A stretch of DNA of 64,000 nucleotides from IMG/VR virus record IMGVR_UViG_3300045988_087374. The stretch is one strand, 5' to 3'. A program made the position numbers and the translations under genes. This document shows, piece after piece, positions 62,876 to 64,000 of this stretch; position 1 is the first letter of the stretch; each line of letters starts with the position of its first letter. This DNA comes from a virus. The notes beneath the pieces were generated by a model. It made no database searches. It worked only from the letters and a program-made list of their open reading frames with translations, and was not told where the DNA came from.

Positions 62876-63385
62876 ATGGCAGGTTATCCGTATTATCCGC
62901 AACAGCCAATGGTAAACAGCCCATACGGGCAAATACAGCCGTATCAGGACAGGCTGGCACAATTGCAGAATAATTACCAACAGGCAATGCCTTATGGTCA
63001 AATACAGATGCAACAGCCAATACAACAGGTTCCACAGATTGCCATGTTACAAGGGCAGATGGTTGATGGGATTGATACTGTAAAAGCAAAGGACGTTGAT
63101 ATGTCTGGCAGTCCTGTTTACTATCCAAAAACAGACGGAACAGAAATATACAAAAAGCAATTACAGGCAGACGGAAGAAGCAGGATTTTTGTTTACCGAC
63201 TTGTAAATCCAGACGAACAGCAGCCACCGAAGCAGGAAGAAAAACAGATTGACATTGAGTCTATGTTTAATCAGCTTCGGAATGATGTTTGCTCTGAGAT
63301 TTCTGGAATAAAAGATTTGCTACCGACACAAATATCGGTTACAAATGATTCCCCAAGACAGCAGAACGGAGGTAAGCAGAGATGA
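62876..63385 (+). CDS. Gln/Pro-rich hypothetical protein
   Basis: AGGAGGAATAG SD. N-terminal YPYYPQQPMVNSPYGQIQPYQ low-complexity region. Confidence 0.65.
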   Translation: MAGYPYYPQQPMVNSPYGQIQPYQDRLAQLQNNYQQAMPYGQIQMQQPIQQVPQIAMLQGQMVDGIDTVKAKDVDMSGSPVYYPKTDGTEIYKKQLQADGRSRIFVYRLVNPDEQQPPKQEEKQIDIESMFNQLRNDVCSEISGIKDLLPTQISVTNDSPRQQNGGKQR

Positions 63386-63627
63386 GTTTCAACCCAAACG
63401 CCATGATGAAAAAGCAATTTGAAAAAATGATTTCTCAGAGGTTCGGAAGTGTTGATAACATGATGAACGATATGAGTAAATTTGCAGGAAATAATCCGAC
63501 ATTGAAAAATGCATTGGATTTATACAAAAAAGGTGATACAGATCAATTACATCAAATACAGCAAAATGTATTTAATGAAAAGCACTTATCACCAGACGGA
63601 ATTATCCAGAAATTCCTTGGATTATAA
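63382..63627 (+). CDS. hypothetical protein
   Basis: 81-aa ORF, ATGA overlap. Confidence 0.6.
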   Translation: MSFNPNAMMKKQFEKMISQRFGSVDNMMNDMSKFAGNNPTLKNALDLYKKGDTDQLHQIQQNVFNEKHLSPDGIIQKFLGL

Positions 63628-63723
63628 CATTTCCCCATAATTGGGTGATTAAAAATCGCTACAATTTGGGACGACAGCCGCGGATGTCTCCTATTGTAAA
63701 TAAAATTTAAGGAGACTAAAAAC

Positions 63724-64000
63724 ATGATGAATGGTTCTAATTACAGTCTTAGCGACATTGCCGCCGCTACAGGCTCTAATAACCGTGCCAATGACATGTG
63801 GGGCGGTGATGGTTTTTCACTTATCTGGCTCGTACTGATCTTCGCAATCTTCGGATGGGGAGGTTTCGGCGGCTGGGGCGGTGGCTTCGGTGGTAATGGT
63901 GGAAACGGTGCAAATGGTGCAGGATTCCAAGGATGGGCTACACGTGCAGATATCAATGAGAGTTTTGCTCTTAACGATATTCAGAATGGTATCAGAGGTA
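63724..64000 (+). CDS. glycine-rich single-TM protein, 3'-truncated by the window
   Basis: AAGGAGA SD. MMNGSNYSLSDIAAATG...FSLIWLVLIFAIFGWGGFGGWGGGFGGNGGNGANGAGFQGW... Not in the track because it runs off the end. Confidence 0.6.
   Translation, partial: MMNGSNYSLSDIAAATGSNNRANDMWGGDGFSLIWLVLIFAIFGWGGFGGWGGGFGGNGGNGANGAGFQGWATRADINESFALNDIQNGIRG

Noticed and set aside
62698-62973. 91-aa ORF overlapping the start of the Gln/Pro-rich gene
   Set aside because: Its 5' part covers a terminator and promoter-like region. Only an internal ATG (62776) has an SD, and the 3' 100 nt overlap a better-supported gene, so it is left unannotated.
1-64000. Prophage boundaries, att sites and flanking host genes
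   Set aside because: Phage genes run to both window edges, and the gene order is a circular permutation (tail end at the left, head genes at the right). No host DNA or duplicated att core could be identified.

Overview
The window holds most of a temperate tailed phage genome larger than 64 kb, with no bacterial flanks. Shine-Dalgarno usage and gene content (GH25/CHAP/SH3 lysin, LytTR, XhlA-like) point to a Firmicutes/Clostridia host. The layout is circularly permuted. From the left: end of the tail module with a collagen-like tail fibre and the endolysin (1-7.2 kb); a minus-strand moron/immunity block with an orphan LytTR regulator, a Zn-ribbon/DUF4352 membrane protein, an LRR secreted protein and a CI-like repressor (7.3-11.4 kb); then a long plus-strand early operon (11.5-39.7 kb). 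The early operon carries an antirepressor, a recombination module, a complete diversity-generating retroelement with two target genes, SSB, a C5-methyltransferase, a GIY-YIG nuclease, PAPS-reductase-like and radical-SAM genes, a replisome organiser with DnaC-like loader, and a large serine integrase. Next come a GC-richer minus-strand accessory island with its own switch (40.3-42.5 kb), small-gene blocks, a 1.5-kb tRNA and tRNA-like RNA cluster (48.8-50.3 kb), and the packaging/head module (terminase, portal, scaffold, capsid) from 54.9 kb to the window end. The strongest non-routine signals are four. (1) The DGR, whose two variable regions differ from the template repeat only at template adenines and whose targets are small cytoplasmic-looking proteins inside the early operon. 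(2) Four tRNA-shaped elements that lack anticodon arms, interleaved with four canonical tRNAs. (3) Two paralogous ~300-nt purine-rich ORF-free leaders flanking a protein with a RAMP-style glycine-rich C-terminus next to RecT. (4) Several ORF-free structured or GC-rich RNA candidates. All functional calls rest on motifs read by eye and recalled family signatures; no database search or folding program was run. Several late genes show 1-nt frame discontinuities at homopolymers, which may be assembly errors or programmed frameshifts.
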